From Actinomycetota bacterium (GTDB taxonomy: Bacteria > Actinomycetota > Actinomycetes > Mycobacteriales > Mycobacteriaceae): a stretch of 37,576 bases of DNA. How positions within the stretch are numbered: position 1 is the stretch's first letter; the number at the start of each line of letters is the position of its first letter. The stretch lies in assembly GCA_046725575.1 (NCBI GenBank), contig JBKOYU010000175.1, forward strand, positions 1-37,576, written 5' to 3'. Shown here piece after piece: positions 8,841-19,546 of this stretch. Below the pieces are notes generated by a model. It did no database searches. It saw nothing but the letters and a program-made list of their open reading frames with translations, and was not told where the DNA came from. Both the position numbers and the translations under genes were made by a program.

Positions 8841-9860
8841 TCACGGGCCGGGCACCAGGGTCGCCTTGCCGGTGCGTTCCTGTCCGCTGCGGTCGATCCA
8901 TGTCAGGTCCACGACATCGCCGGGATAGTGCCGGTCCAGCACGTAGGTCAGCGTGGTGGCCGAGTCCAGTGTCGTTCCGTCGAGCGTCGTGATCACGTCG
9001 CCGACGGAAACGCCTGCCTGTTCGGCCGGACCGCCGCGCATCACGTCGCGCACGATGATTCCCGGCCCGCTGCGCGGCTGGGTGCTGACACCGACGCCGA
9101 GCAACACCGGCGGTCCGATGTGCACGGTGCCCGACGCCGCGCCGGACCGGATCTGACCGGCGACGGCCATCGCGTCGTTGATCGGTATCGCGAAACCCTT
9201 TCCGGCAGGGCCCATTTGGAAGTTCACCGACGCCGCGGTGACTACGCCGATGACCTGTCCGGCGCCGTTCACCAGCGGCCCGCCGGAGTCTCCCGGCCGC
9301 ACGTCGGCGGCAACCTCGATCAGCCCGTTGACCTCCTCCGAGCTGCCCGTCAACGTGTCTTCGGCGTTGACGGTCCGGTTGAGCGCGACCACCGGGCCGG
9401 TTTCATGGGTCAGGGGAGCGCCGACGCCGCGCGCGTTGCCGAGACCGACTGTCGGCTCGCCCACCACGATCTGTCCCGAGTCGCCGATGGGTGCGGTCGG
9501 CAGCCCGCCTGCCCCCCGCAGCTGCAGCACGGCGATGTCGTTCTTGCGGTCATAGCCGACGAGATCGGCCGCGTAGTCGCGCCCGCCCACGGTGCCGGTG
9601 ATGGAGTTGGCGCCGGCGACGACGTGGTAGTTCGTCAGCACCACGCCGCCGGGATCGATGACGGTTCCTGTTCCGGTTCCGATTGCCTGCTGGTAGTCGA
9701 TCTTCGTGGTGATCTGGACGACTGCCGCTTCAACGGACGCGGCGGCCCCCGCGATATCTGCGGGAGCGGCCACCGACGGTGCCGGTGCTACCAGCGCCAG
9801 GACCGCGACGAGCGCAATCAGCAATGCCGACAGCGGTCGGCCCAGGGGAGATATGCCCAT
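8841..9860 (-). CDS. Secreted S1C trypsin-like serine protease with PDZ domain (PepA/HtrA-like)
   Basis: Signal peptide; triad motifs LTNYHVV, NDIAV, GDSGG; C-terminal PDZ (GPAEQAGV..GDVIT). Confidence 0.9.
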   Translation of the reverse strand: MGISPLGRPLSALLIALVAVLALVAPAPSVAAPADIAGAAASVEAAVVQITTKIDYQQAIGTGTGTVIDPGGVVLTNYHVVAGANSITGTVGGRDYAADLVGYDRKNDIAVLQLRGAGGLPTAPIGDSGQIVVGEPTVGLGNARGVGAPLTHETGPVVALNRTVNAEDTLTGSSEEVNGLIEVAADVRPGDSGGPLVNGAGQVIGVVTAASVNFQMGPAGKGFAIPINDAMAVAGQIRSGAASGTVHIGPPVLLGVGVSTQPRSGPGIIVRDVMRGGPAEQAGVSVGDVITTLDGTTLDSATTLTYVLDRHYPGDVVDLTWIDRSGQERTGKATLVPGP

Positions 9861-9947
9861 CTGCCTATAGTGCCCGAACTCCGGCGTGCCGAATCCTGGA
9901 CGGCGACGTCACCGGCGAGCGCCGTCGAGGTGGCGCGGTAGTCCTCC

Positions 9948-10730
9948 CTAGTCCTCGACAGCGACGCGGCCCCGCAAGCGCCTGCGCCGGCGGTTGCGCA
10001 ACCTGCCGTTGGTCGACGCCGCTTCACCTGCGTTAGACGCCTCGTCCTCGGTCTTGTCGTCCTCGGCGGCCAGCTCTTCCTGTGCGGTCGGCTCCGGCTC
10101 CTCGGCCGTCGACTCCGGCTCCGCGTCTTCAGCGGTGACCTCGGCGGGCTTGTCGTCGGATTCGGACTCCGACCCGTCTTCGGTCTCGGCTTCGGTCGTC
10201 GCCTCGTCTTCTGACGCTTCGTCAGCGGCATCTTCTCCGGCGGCCTTGCGCCGACCGCGGCGGCCCCGCTCGGCCTTCTTGGGCTTGAGCGGTTTGGGCG
10301 GAGGCGGCGGCAGCTCCGCCACAAAGGCCAGGTAGAACGCGAAGATGCCGAGCAGCGCGATCGCAGCGGCGGCACCGTAGATGCCGAACAGCCACTGACC
10401 CGAGCTGTCGACGCTGATCCAGATCTCGCTGATCGCAGTGCCGAGGATCAGCACCCCGGCGAGCACGTGCAGCGCGATGGACGACGTCCTCAGCGTCAAG
10501 GCCAGCTGCGGGGTGCCGAACTCCGGTCGGCGGGTGCGCAGCAGCGTGAACACCACCGGAAGGGCCGCCAGCCCGATGAGCGCGCCCGCAACGATGCGCA
10601 TCGCCATGCCCAGTCCGAACGGCCATTCGCCAGTCAGTTCGTGCCAGCGCGGCAACACGAAGAGGAAGTACAGCGCCGCAGCGACGGCCGAGAACGTTGC
10701 GTGCCACAACACTGCGACCCAGCGCCGCAT
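9948..10730 (-). CDS. lucA: Lipid uptake coordinator LucA (Rv3723-like membrane protein)
   Basis: AGGAGGAG SD before ATG 10730; four TM helices, AELPPPPPKPLKPKK, acidic tail; next to tRNA-Ser as in Mtb. Confidence 0.85.
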   Translation of the reverse strand: MRRWVAVLWHATFSAVAAALYFLFVLPRWHELTGEWPFGLGMAMRIVAGALIGLAALPVVFTLLRTRRPEFGTPQLALTLRTSSIALHVLAGVLILGTAISEIWISVDSSGQWLFGIYGAAAAIALLGIFAFYLAFVAELPPPPPKPLKPKKAERGRRGRRKAAGEDAADEASEDEATTEAETEDGSESESDDKPAEVTAEDAEPESTAEEPEPTAQEELAAEDDKTEDEASNAGEAASTNGRLRNRRRRRLRGRVAVED

Positions 10731-10801
10731 GCTCCTCCTATTGCGTATGGGCCGGGGTGCGACCAGGCCGTCGGCCAGCTGGACGCACCCCGGACCGAGT
10801 G

Positions 10802-10887
10802 CGGAGGATGCGGGATTTGAACCCGCGAGGGCTGTTAACCCAACCCGCGTTCCAGGCGAGCGCCATAGGCCACTAGGCGAATCCTCC
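10802..10887 (-). tRNA. tRNA-Ser (GGA)
   Basis: GGAGGAT/ATCCTCC acceptor stem, anticodon loop CTGGAAC, long variable arm, GGTTCAAATCC T-loop. Confidence 0.96.
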
Positions 10888-10946
10888 GCGGGCCATGGTA
10901 ACCGACCAGCCTGATGCGCCCGTCGGGTTGCACGTGCCCCAGGTAT

Positions 10947-10952
10947 TACACT
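10947..10952 (+). promoter_or_regulatory. Probable -10 element of the SRP RNA gene
   Basis: TACACT 6 nt before the GGACCCC 5' end. Confidence 0.55.
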
Positions 10953-10958
10953 CGCTAC

Positions 10959-12365
<1,407 letters not shown>

Positions 12366-12404
12366 CGTGTTCACTCGTCGGCGCGGCTCGGTAGCCTGCT
12401 GAGC

Positions 12405-14276
12405 GTGGCGCTCTACCGCAAGTACCGACCGGCAACCTTCGCCGACGTAGTTGGCCAGGAGCACGTCACCGAACCGCTCTCGACTGCGCTTTCGGCAGGC
12501 CGCATCAACCACGCCTTCCTGTTCTCCGGCCCGCGGGGCTGCGGGAAGACGTCCTCGGCGCGCATCCTCGCTCGCTCGCTGAACTGTGCCGACGGCCCCA
12601 CTCCTACGCCATGCGGGTTATGCGACTCCTGCGTCGCGCTGGCTCCCAACGGTCCGGGCAGCGTCGACGTCGTCGAGCTCGACGCGGCCAGCCACGGCGG
12701 CGTGGACGACACCCGCGAGCTACGCGATCGCGCGTTCTACACGCCCGCGCAGGCGCGGTACCGCATCTTCATCATCGACGAGGCCCATATGGTCACCACG
12801 GCGGGCTTCAACGCGCTGCTGAAGATCGTCGAGGAGCCGCCGGAGCACCTGATCTTCGTATTCGCGACCACGGAGCCGGAGAAGGTGCTGCCGACCATCC
12901 GATCGCGCACTCACCACTACCCGTTCCGGCTGCTGGCGCCGCGGACCATGCGGTCGCTGCTGGAGCGCATCTGCGCCTCCGAGGACGTGACGGTCGACGA
13001 TGCGGTGTACCCGTTGGTCATTCGGGCCGGGGGTGGGTCGCCCCGCGACACGCTGTCGGTGCTGGATCAGCTGCTGGCCGGTGCCGACGGAAACCGGGTG
13101 GAGTACCAGCGGGCGTTGGCGCTGCTTGGCGCGACGGACGTGGCGCTGATCGACGTCGCCGTCGACGCGCTGGCCGCCGGGGACGCCGCGGCGCTGTTCG
13201 GCGCGGTCGAGGCGGTGATCGACGCCGGGCACGACCCGCGGCGGTTCGCGATCGACCTGCTGGAACGCTTCCGCGATCTGATCGTGCTGCAGTCGGTGCC
13301 CGACGCGATCGCCCGCGGTGTGGTCGACGGGCCGGAGGACGTGCTGGAGCGGATGCGCGATCAGGCCACGCGCATCGGGACCGCAACGCTGACCCGGTAC
13401 GCCGAGGTGGTGCACGCGGGGCTGGGCGAGATGCGCGGTGCCACCGCGCCGCGGCTGCTGCTCGAGGTGGTGTGCGCGCGGCTGCTGCTGCCGTCGGCCA
13501 GCGACACCGAATCGGCGCTGCTGCAGCGCGTCGAACGCATCGAGACGCGGCTGGACATGTCCATCCCGGCCGGTGAGACCGCAGCCTCCCAGTCGGCCGC
13601 GCCGCCGAAGCAATATGCGCGGAAAAGCAAGGCGGCGGAGCCGGCGCCTGCGCCCAAGGCCGAACCCAAACCGGTGGCCCAAGCCGAGCCCGAACCGGTG
13701 GCCCAAGCCGAGCCCGAACCGGTGGCCAAGGCGGAACCCGAACCCGCGGCTGCGCCCGAGCCGCCGCCATCACCCCCGCCGGTCCGGCCGCCGTCCGACC
13801 CTGTGGTCGAGGCCGAAACGCCGACGCCGGGTGGCGAACCCAATGCGGCCGCGGTGCGCAGCATGTGGACCACGGTGCGTGAGAAGGTCCGTCAGCGCAG
13901 CCGCACCATCGACGTGATGCTGGCAGGCGCGATTGTGCGCGCCGTCGAGGGCGACACCCTCGTGCTCAGCCACGAGTCCGCGCCGTTGGCCAAACGACTT
14001 GTGGAGCAACGTAATTCCGACGTCATCCGCGAGGCGCTCAAGGATGCGCTCGGCGTGGACTGGAAGATCCGGTGCGAAGCGGGCGCCGCGGCACCGGCGG
14101 CTGCACCCGAACCTGAAACCGTTGCCCCGGCATCGCCGCGGCGCGACGACGAAGAGGAGGACATGTTGGCGGAGGTCGGGAACGACACCTCCGAGGCTCC
14201 GCGGCGCGACCCGGAGGAAGCAGCGCTGGAGCTACTGCAGAACGAGTTGGGCGCCCGTCGCATCGACGGAAGCTAG
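12405..14276 (+). CDS. dnaX: DNA polymerase III subunits gamma/tau
   Basis: ALYRKYRP, GPRGCGKT, Cys zinc motif, DEAH, SPRD; TAGCCT -10 7 nt upstream (leaderless). Confidence 0.97.
   Translation: MALYRKYRPATFADVVGQEHVTEPLSTALSAGRINHAFLFSGPRGCGKTSSARILARSLNCADGPTPTPCGLCDSCVALAPNGPGSVDVVELDAASHGGVDDTRELRDRAFYTPAQARYRIFIIDEAHMVTTAGFNALLKIVEEPPEHLIFVFATTEPEKVLPTIRSRTHHYPFRLLAPRTMRSLLERICASEDVTVDDAVYPLVIRAGGGSPRDTLSVLDQLLAGADGNRVEYQRALALLGATDVALIDVAVDALAAGDAAALFGAVEAVIDAGHDPRRFAIDLLERFRDLIVLQSVPDAIARGVVDGPEDVLERMRDQATRIGTATLTRYAEVVHAGLGEMRGATAPRLLLEVVCARLLLPSASDTESALLQRVERIETRLDMSIPAGETAASQSAAPPKQYARKSKAAEPAPAPKAEPKPVAQAEPEPVAQAEPEPVAKAEPEPAAAPEPPPSPPPVRPPSDPVVEAETPTPGGEPNAAAVRSMWTTVREKVRQRSRTIDVMLAGAIVRAVEGDTLVLSHESAPLAKRLVEQRNSDVIREALKDALGVDWKIRCEAGAAAPAAAPEPETVAPASPRRDDEEEDMLAEVGNDTSEAPRRDPEEAALELLQNELGARRIDGS
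13671..13742 (+). repeat. In-frame 24-bp tandem repeat (PVAQAEPE) in the DnaX linker
   Basis: CCGGTGGCCCAAGCCGAGCCCGAA twice exactly, plus one degenerate copy. Confidence 0.9.
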
Positions 14277-14277
14277 G

Positions 14278-14339
14278 CTAGGCCGAAGTTGCGTCGGATG
14301 AGATAAGCACTCATCCAAAACGCCGCAACTTCGGGCTAG
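14278..14339. repeat. Intergenic palindrome (REP-like or bidirectional terminator) between convergent dnaX and cfa
   Basis: CTAGGCCGAAGTTGCG...CGCAACTTCGGGCTAG outer arms; inner GGATGAG/CTCATCC stem. Confidence 0.8.
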
Positions 14340-14347
14340 GGTCGGCT

Positions 14348-15658
14348 CTACGGCGTCCACCACGGCCGCAACGGCAGGCTGCCGTCGCCGCCGTGCGAGT
14401 CGAGCTTGACCGCCAAAACCTGGTGCAGCTGGACGACATTCGTCTCGAAGCCCAGTCGCGACCCGGCCATGTAGAGGCCCCACACCTTCGCGGTAGGAAG
14501 CCCGACCTCTTCGACGGCCTCGTCCCAGTGCTCGACGAGATTGCGGCACCAGTCGCGCAACGTCAATGCATAGTGGTGGCGCAGATTCTCTTCGTGCACG
14601 ACTTCCAGGCCGATGTCCTGCGCCTCGGTGATGATGCGGCCCGAGCCGGTGAGCTCGCCGTCGGGGAAGACGTAGCGGTCAATAAAACCTCCAGCAGCCG
14701 CCCCCGTCCGGTTGTCCGGGCGGGTGATGCAGTGGTTGAGCAGCAGCGCGCCGGTGCGCATCTTCGACTTCAGGAAGCGGAAGTACGTCGGATAGTTGTG
14801 CACGCCAATGTGTTCCGTCAGTCCAATCGATGACACCGCGTCGAAGCCCGACTCGCGCACGTCGCGGTAGTCACCGTGGCGGACCTCGCCCAGATCGGAC
14901 AGCCCCTGCTCGGCGATCGCCTTCTGCGCCCAGGTTGCCTGCTCCTTGGACAGCGTGACGCCGATGGCCTTGACGCCGTGCCGGGCCGCGTAGCGCACCA
15001 TGCCGCCCCAGCCGCAGCCGACGTCGAGCAGCCGATCGCCCGGCTTCAGCCGCAGCTTCTCGAACACCAGCCGGTACTTGTTCTCCTGCGCCTCTTCCAG
15101 CGTCGCGTCCGGATGCGGATAGCAGGCGCAGGTGTAGGTCATCGATGGACCAAGTACCCACTCGTAGAACGTGTTTGACACGTCGTAGTGGTGGTGGATC
15201 GCCTCGGCGTCACGGGTCCGGCTGTGCCGCAGGCCTTCTGCGATGCGACGCCAGCGGGGCAGTGCCTCCTGCGGCGGCGGGGCGATGGGCATGAGATGCT
15301 CGAAGCCGATCGAGCGGACGATGTTGGCCAGCACCCGCGCCGGTGGACGCTTGAAGTCCATCTTGTCTGCGAGCGCCTTGAGCAGCTCGTACGGATCGCC
15401 TGGGTGCACGCCGTGCGGTTCCAGGTCGCCCGCCACGTAGGCGCGGGCCAGGCCGAGATCGCCCGGCGCGGTGGCCAAGTAGGTGGTGCCGCGGGGGGTC
15501 AACAGATCGAGGCCGAGCTCGGCATCGTCGGGTCCGGCCGTGCTGCCGTCGTAGGCAGTGAACTTCAGCGGCAGTTGCCCGGCCGCAAAAATCTCCAGGA
15601 TCTCGGCCAGCGTGAGCTTCCTGGCCGGCGCATGTGGCTGATCTTTGAATGTCGTCAT
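14348..15658 (-). CDS. cfa: SAM-dependent fatty-acyl methyltransferase (Cfa/BfaB, Rv3720-like; tuberculostearic acid synthesis)
   Basis: HHYDVSN, MTYTCA, LLDVGCGWG, FIDRYVFPDG; start MTTFK at ATG 15658. Confidence 0.9.
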   Translation of the reverse strand: MTTFKDQPHAPARKLTLAEILEIFAAGQLPLKFTAYDGSTAGPDDAELGLDLLTPRGTTYLATAPGDLGLARAYVAGDLEPHGVHPGDPYELLKALADKMDFKRPPARVLANIVRSIGFEHLMPIAPPPQEALPRWRRIAEGLRHSRTRDAEAIHHHYDVSNTFYEWVLGPSMTYTCACYPHPDATLEEAQENKYRLVFEKLRLKPGDRLLDVGCGWGGMVRYAARHGVKAIGVTLSKEQATWAQKAIAEQGLSDLGEVRHGDYRDVRESGFDAVSSIGLTEHIGVHNYPTYFRFLKSKMRTGALLLNHCITRPDNRTGAAAGGFIDRYVFPDGELTGSGRIITEAQDIGLEVVHEENLRHHYALTLRDWCRNLVEHWDEAVEEVGLPTAKVWGLYMAGSRLGFETNVVQLHQVLAVKLDSHGGDGSLPLRPWWTP

Positions 15659-15722
15659 CGTGGCTCTCCGCTCTTCACGCAAGCGCTCATCGCCGTCCTC
15701 CGCCTTTCCCGCAAGCGCTCAT
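15655..15722 (-). repeat. Two 32-bp MIRU-like units, each an 11-codon mini-ORF with ATGA overlaps
   Basis: ATGAGCGCTTGCG starts at 15722 and 15690; third ATGA at 15658 is the cfa start. Confidence 0.85.
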
Positions 15723-17098
15723 CGCCGTTGCACCGCTTTCGCATATAGGTCTAGCAGCCGTGAGTCCGGGTCGTAGGTCTTCTTTACTGTCTTGTAGGTT
15801 TCCCCGCCATAGAGTTGTTCGAACTCATCGGGGGAGTAATACGCGTCGGAATACAGCGACTTGTGCCCGTCGAACTCGCTGACCTTGCGCTCTATCAGCC
15901 TGTTGGTGTGCCCTTCGGTGGGCCCGACCGGCACCGACGACCAGAAGCCGACGTTGACGTAGGTGTGGTGCGGGCGGATCGGGTACAGCGGCCAGTCGCC
16001 GTTTTCACGCAGCCGCAGCGGACACAGCCAGATCGGTTCGATCGGGACGTTGTCGAGGAACCAGCGTAGGAACTCGGCGGTGCGTTCGATCGGCACCTCG
16101 ACGTCCTGCACGACACGCTCGCGGGGCGGGCGACCGTTACGTTTCTCGATGCGGTCGGCGATGTTGAACCGCTGGTCGTAGGCGATCAGCTTCCAGTAGA
16201 CGCTACTGCGCCGGTAACGCCGTGGCCAGAGCCGGCGGATCCGCGGGTCCTGCGCGCCGAACGCCCGCGAGCACCAGAACCAGTCGGTGTCCCACCGCCA
16301 TAGGTAGTCGTGAATGGTGAGCCGATCGTGCTTCTCGCCGTCGGGGTGTTGGATGGAGCGGTAGTAGATCTGCTGGCCGGTGTAGTCGCTGACAGGCCCG
16401 GGAGTGCTTGTTTGAATGCCCAACGTCAAGTAGGCCTCTGTGGCGCAGAACACCACACCGTCGAGGTAATCGACCGGAGTGCCGTCGTGGCCGCCGGTTT
16501 CGATGACGCGGTCCATGGCCGCGACGAGGTCGTCTAACGAGTGAAACCTCAAGTGCCGCAGCGCGACAAACGGTTTGACGGACTCCAGCTCGATCTTCAA
16601 CCGGACCGAATACCCCAATGTCCCATAGGAATTCGGGAAGGCGCGGAAGAGATCGGAGCACAGGTCACGACTTGCGGTGAGCACGTCGCCGGTGCCGGTC
16701 AGGATGTCCATCTCCAGCACGGACTCGTGCGGCAGGCCGTTGCGGAACGACGCCGACTCGATGCCCAGGCCGGTGACCGCCCCGCCCAGCGTGATCGTCT
16801 TCAGCTGGGGCACCACCAGCGGCGACAGGCCGTACGGCAAGGTGGCCGCGACGAGGTCCTCGTAGGTGCACATGCCGGCGACGTCGGCAATGCGGTTCCC
16901 GGGATCGACCGCGATGACGCCCGTCAGCCCCGAGGTGTCGAGCCCCTTGGTCTTGGTCTTGTCCCGCGCCCGGAACAGGTTGGACGTGGGTTTGGCGAGC
17001 CGGACCGTGGCGTTCGGAGGAATCGCCCGGTAGCTGGCGAGAAGCCGCTGCACGCCCGCGGCGTGAGCAGACTGTGCGTCGCTCCCCTCAACAGACAC
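15719..17098 (-). CDS. FAD-binding oxidoreductase (BfaA/Rv3719-like)
   Basis: VVPQLKTITLGGAVTGLGIES, NSYGTLG, GHKSLYSD; TAGCGT -10 6 nt before GTG. Confidence 0.9.
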   Translation of the reverse strand: MSVEGSDAQSAHAAGVQRLLASYRAIPPNATVRLAKPTSNLFRARDKTKTKGLDTSGLTGVIAVDPGNRIADVAGMCTYEDLVAATLPYGLSPLVVPQLKTITLGGAVTGLGIESASFRNGLPHESVLEMDILTGTGDVLTASRDLCSDLFRAFPNSYGTLGYSVRLKIELESVKPFVALRHLRFHSLDDLVAAMDRVIETGGHDGTPVDYLDGVVFCATEAYLTLGIQTSTPGPVSDYTGQQIYYRSIQHPDGEKHDRLTIHDYLWRWDTDWFWCSRAFGAQDPRIRRLWPRRYRRSSVYWKLIAYDQRFNIADRIEKRNGRPPRERVVQDVEVPIERTAEFLRWFLDNVPIEPIWLCPLRLRENGDWPLYPIRPHHTYVNVGFWSSVPVGPTEGHTNRLIERKVSEFDGHKSLYSDAYYSPDEFEQLYGGETYKTVKKTYDPDSRLLDLYAKAVQRR

Positions 17099-17161
17099 AG
17101 ATATACGCTAGTCCGCGGCCGCAGCCGATGCGACCGCACAACACGACAGGAGAGCTATCTC

Positions 17162-17602
17162 ATGGGACAGGTCAGCGCGTCCAGCACCGTCTTGATCGAC
17201 GCCCCGCCGGAGAGCGTGCTGGCGGCGGTGGCGGACTATGCGACCGTGCGCCCGAAAATCCTGTCCCCGCACTACAGCGACTACCAGGTGGTCGAGGGCG
17301 GGCAGGGCGCGGGCACCGTCGCGACATGGAAACTGCAGGCCACGAAGTCGCGGGTGCGTGACGTCAAGGCGACCGTCGACGTGGCCGGCCACACCGTCAT
17401 CGAGAAGGACGCCAACTCGTCGATGATCACGAATTGGACGGTCGCTCCGGCGGGGCAGGGTTCGTCGGTCACGGTCAAGACGTCGTGGCAGGGTGCAGGC
17501 GGCATCGGCGGCTTCTTCGAAAAGACGTTTGCGCCGCTGGGACTGCGCAAGATCCAGGGTGAGGTGCTGGAAAACCTCAAGAAGGAGGTCGAGGGCCCGT
17601 GA
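17162..17602 (+). CDS. SRPBCC family protein (Rv3718c-like)
   Basis: MGQVSASSTVLIDAPPE...; SD ACAGGAG; syntenic position. Confidence 0.9.
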   Translation: MGQVSASSTVLIDAPPESVLAAVADYATVRPKILSPHYSDYQVVEGGQGAGTVATWKLQATKSRVRDVKATVDVAGHTVIEKDANSSMITNWTVAPAGQGSSVTVKTSWQGAGGIGGFFEKTFAPLGLRKIQGEVLENLKKEVEGP

Positions 17603-17630
17603 GGACCCGACCGACGTCCTGCGAGAAGGG

Positions 17631-18386
17631 TTAGTTGGTCCGCGGCGGCTGGGTGGCCAGGAAGCCGGCGATACCGCGGACGACGGCGTCGGCGTACTTC
17701 TGCTGACCCTCGGGTGTCTTCATCAGCCCCGAGTCGACGGGGTTCTTCATGTTGCCGCATTCGACCAGGATCGACGGGAACTGGGCCAGGTTCAGACCGG
17801 CGATGTCGGAGCGGGGATCGAGGCCGTTCGATCCGGTGTAGGTGGACGGCACGAATCCTGACGCGGCGAGCTGGTCCCGCATGATCTGCGCGAATTGGAC
17901 CGAGGGGCCTGCCTGTGTCTGGTTCAGCGGCGGCGACGAGTAGAGGACGTGGAAGCCGCGGCCGGTGGGCGGACCGCCGTCGCCATGGATGCTGACGATG
18001 GCGTTGGGGTGCAGGGCGTTGGCCATGGCGGCGCGCTCGTCGACGCAGGGACCGAGCCCGGTGTCATTGCCGCGCGACAGAGCTGTCCGCACACCGAGGG
18101 CAGTGAGCGCTTGGCGGATGCGCAGCGTGGTGTCCCAGGTGAACGTGTGCTCGGGATAGCCGTCGTCGGTCGACGTGCCGCTGGCTTGGCAGTCCTTGGT
18201 GCCGCCACGGCCGGTGGGCACCTGCCTGCTGATAGAGGCGTCGTTCGAACCGTTATGGCCGGGGTCGAGGAACACGATCATCCCGGCGATATTGGCGGGC
18301 TCGGCTGATGCGGGGCTGACGAGGGTCGACGCGGCGACGAGCAAACCGGCGCCAATCGCGGCGCCGACACGCAGGCTGGCAGGCAC
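17631..18386 (-). CDS. ami1: N-acetylmuramoyl-L-alanine amidase (Amidase_3, Rv3717/Ami1)
   Basis: Signal peptide; FLDPGH, EH, SIHGDG, LVECGNM zinc-amidase motifs; TACGGT -10 7 nt before GTG 18386. Confidence 0.9.
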   Translation of the reverse strand: MPASLRVGAAIGAGLLVAASTLVSPASAEPANIAGMIVFLDPGHNGSNDASISRQVPTGRGGTKDCQASGTSTDDGYPEHTFTWDTTLRIRQALTALGVRTALSRGNDTGLGPCVDERAAMANALHPNAIVSIHGDGGPPTGRGFHVLYSSPPLNQTQAGPSVQFAQIMRDQLAASGFVPSTYTGSNGLDPRSDIAGLNLAQFPSILVECGNMKNPVDSGLMKTPEGQQKYADAVVRGIAGFLATQPPRTN

Positions 18387-18485
18387 GGGCGCCACCGTAG
18401 CCCGCCTGACGACTAGGCTCAAAGACCAAACCGCCACTTGTGGATGAGCGCAACCAAGTCGAGACCAATACGCAAGGGGACTGTC

Positions 18486-18818
18486 ATGCAACCCGGAGGT
18501 ACGCCCGACATGTCGGCACTCCTCGCACAGGCGCAGCAGGTGCAGCAGCAGTTGATGGAGGCGCAGGAAGCGCTGGCCAATTCCGAGGTGCACGGCCAGG
18601 CAGGCGGCGGTCTGGTGCAGGTCACCATGAAGGGCAGCGGCGAGGTGGTGACGGTGTCGATCGATCCGAAGGTCGTCGACCCCTCCGATGTCGAGACGCT
18701 GCAGGACCTCATCGTCGGCGCCATCGCCGATGCCTCCAAGCAGGTCACGATCCTGGCGCACGATCGGCTCGGGCCGCTCGCCGGTGGGATGGGTGGCCTA
18801 GGTCTTCCGGGGATGTGA
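18486..18818 (+). CDS. ybaB: YbaB/EbfC nucleoid-associated protein
   Basis: [25 protein letters not shown]; directly upstream of recR. Confidence 0.92.
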   Translation: MQPGGTPDMSALLAQAQQVQQQLMEAQEALANSEVHGQAGGGLVQVTMKGSGEVVTVSIDPKVVDPSDVETLQDLIVGAIADASKQVTILAHDRLGPLAGGMGGLGLPGM

Positions 18819-18829
18819 CTTGTACCTAA

Positions 18830-19441
18830 ATGTTTGAAGGCCCTGTCCAGGATCTGATCGACGAGCTCGGCAAGCTGCCCGGCATCGGGCCGAAGAGCGC
18901 GCAGCGGATCGCATTTCACCTGTTGTCGGTGGAGCCGCCGGACATCGACCGGCTGACGGCCGTGCTGAACAAGGTGCGCGACGGCGTGAAGTTTTGCGCG
19001 GTGTGCGGGAATGTCTCCGACGAGGACCGCTGCAGAATTTGCTCCGATGCGCGTCGCGATCCATCTGTGGTGTGTGTGGTCGAGGAGCCGAAGGATGTGC
19101 AGGCCGTCGAGCGCACCCGCGAATTCCGCGGCCGCTACCACGTACTCGGTGGGGCGTTGGATCCACTGTCGGGTGTGGGTCCCGAGCAGCTGCGAATCCG
19201 CGAGCTACTCAACAGGATTGGCGAACGGGTCGACGGTGTCGACATCGCCGAGGTGATCATCGCGACCGATCCGAACACCGAGGGCGAGGCCACCGCGACG
19301 TATCTGGTGCGGATGCTGCGCGACATCCCCGGCCTCACGGTGACGCGAATCGCGTCGGGACTGCCGATGGGCGGCGACCTGGAGTTCGCCGACGAGCTGA
19401 CGCTTGGCCGCGCGCTGACCGGCCGCCGCGCCATGGTCTGA
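18830..19441 (+). CDS. recR: Recombination mediator RecR
   Basis: [11 protein letters not shown] HhH, C4 zinc finger, Toprim EGEATA. Confidence 0.98.
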   Translation: MFEGPVQDLIDELGKLPGIGPKSAQRIAFHLLSVEPPDIDRLTAVLNKVRDGVKFCAVCGNVSDEDRCRICSDARRDPSVVCVVEEPKDVQAVERTREFRGRYHVLGGALDPLSGVGPEQLRIRELLNRIGERVDGVDIAEVIIATDPNTEGEATATYLVRMLRDIPGLTVTRIASGLPMGGDLEFADELTLGRALTGRRAMV

Positions 19442-19455
19442 GTTTCACCCGGCTC

Positions 19456-19517
19456 CGCGAAACGTACGTTTTGTAGAGCTCTTCTCGCACTTTCTCTACA
19501 AAACGTACGGTTCGGCG
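19456..19517. repeat. REP-like palindrome P1 (62 bp)
   Basis: Arms GAAACGTACGTTTTGTAGAG / CTCTACAAAACGTACGGTTC with one mismatch; ends CGCGAAAC...TTCGGCG. Confidence 0.9.
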
Positions 19518-19518
19518 A

Positions 19519-19540
19519 TGTCGGTGTGGCCTGACACCCT
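19519..19540 (+). promoter_or_regulatory. PafBC (RecA-NDp)-type DNA-damage promoter, leaderless
   Basis: TGTCGG-N10-CACCCT, 6 nt before ATG 19547; recalled consensus TGTCGG-N10-TANNNT. Confidence 0.65.
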
Positions 19541-19546
19541 TCGGCC

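Noticed and set aside
10802-10887. tRNA-Ser as an integration site
   Set aside because: No duplicated tRNA 3' end or integrase seen; flanks are the expected lucA and ffs.
12405-14276. Programmed -1 frameshift producing the gamma subunit
   Set aside because: No A AAA AAG heptamer or long A-run seen; GGAAAAG at ~13621 is insufficient.
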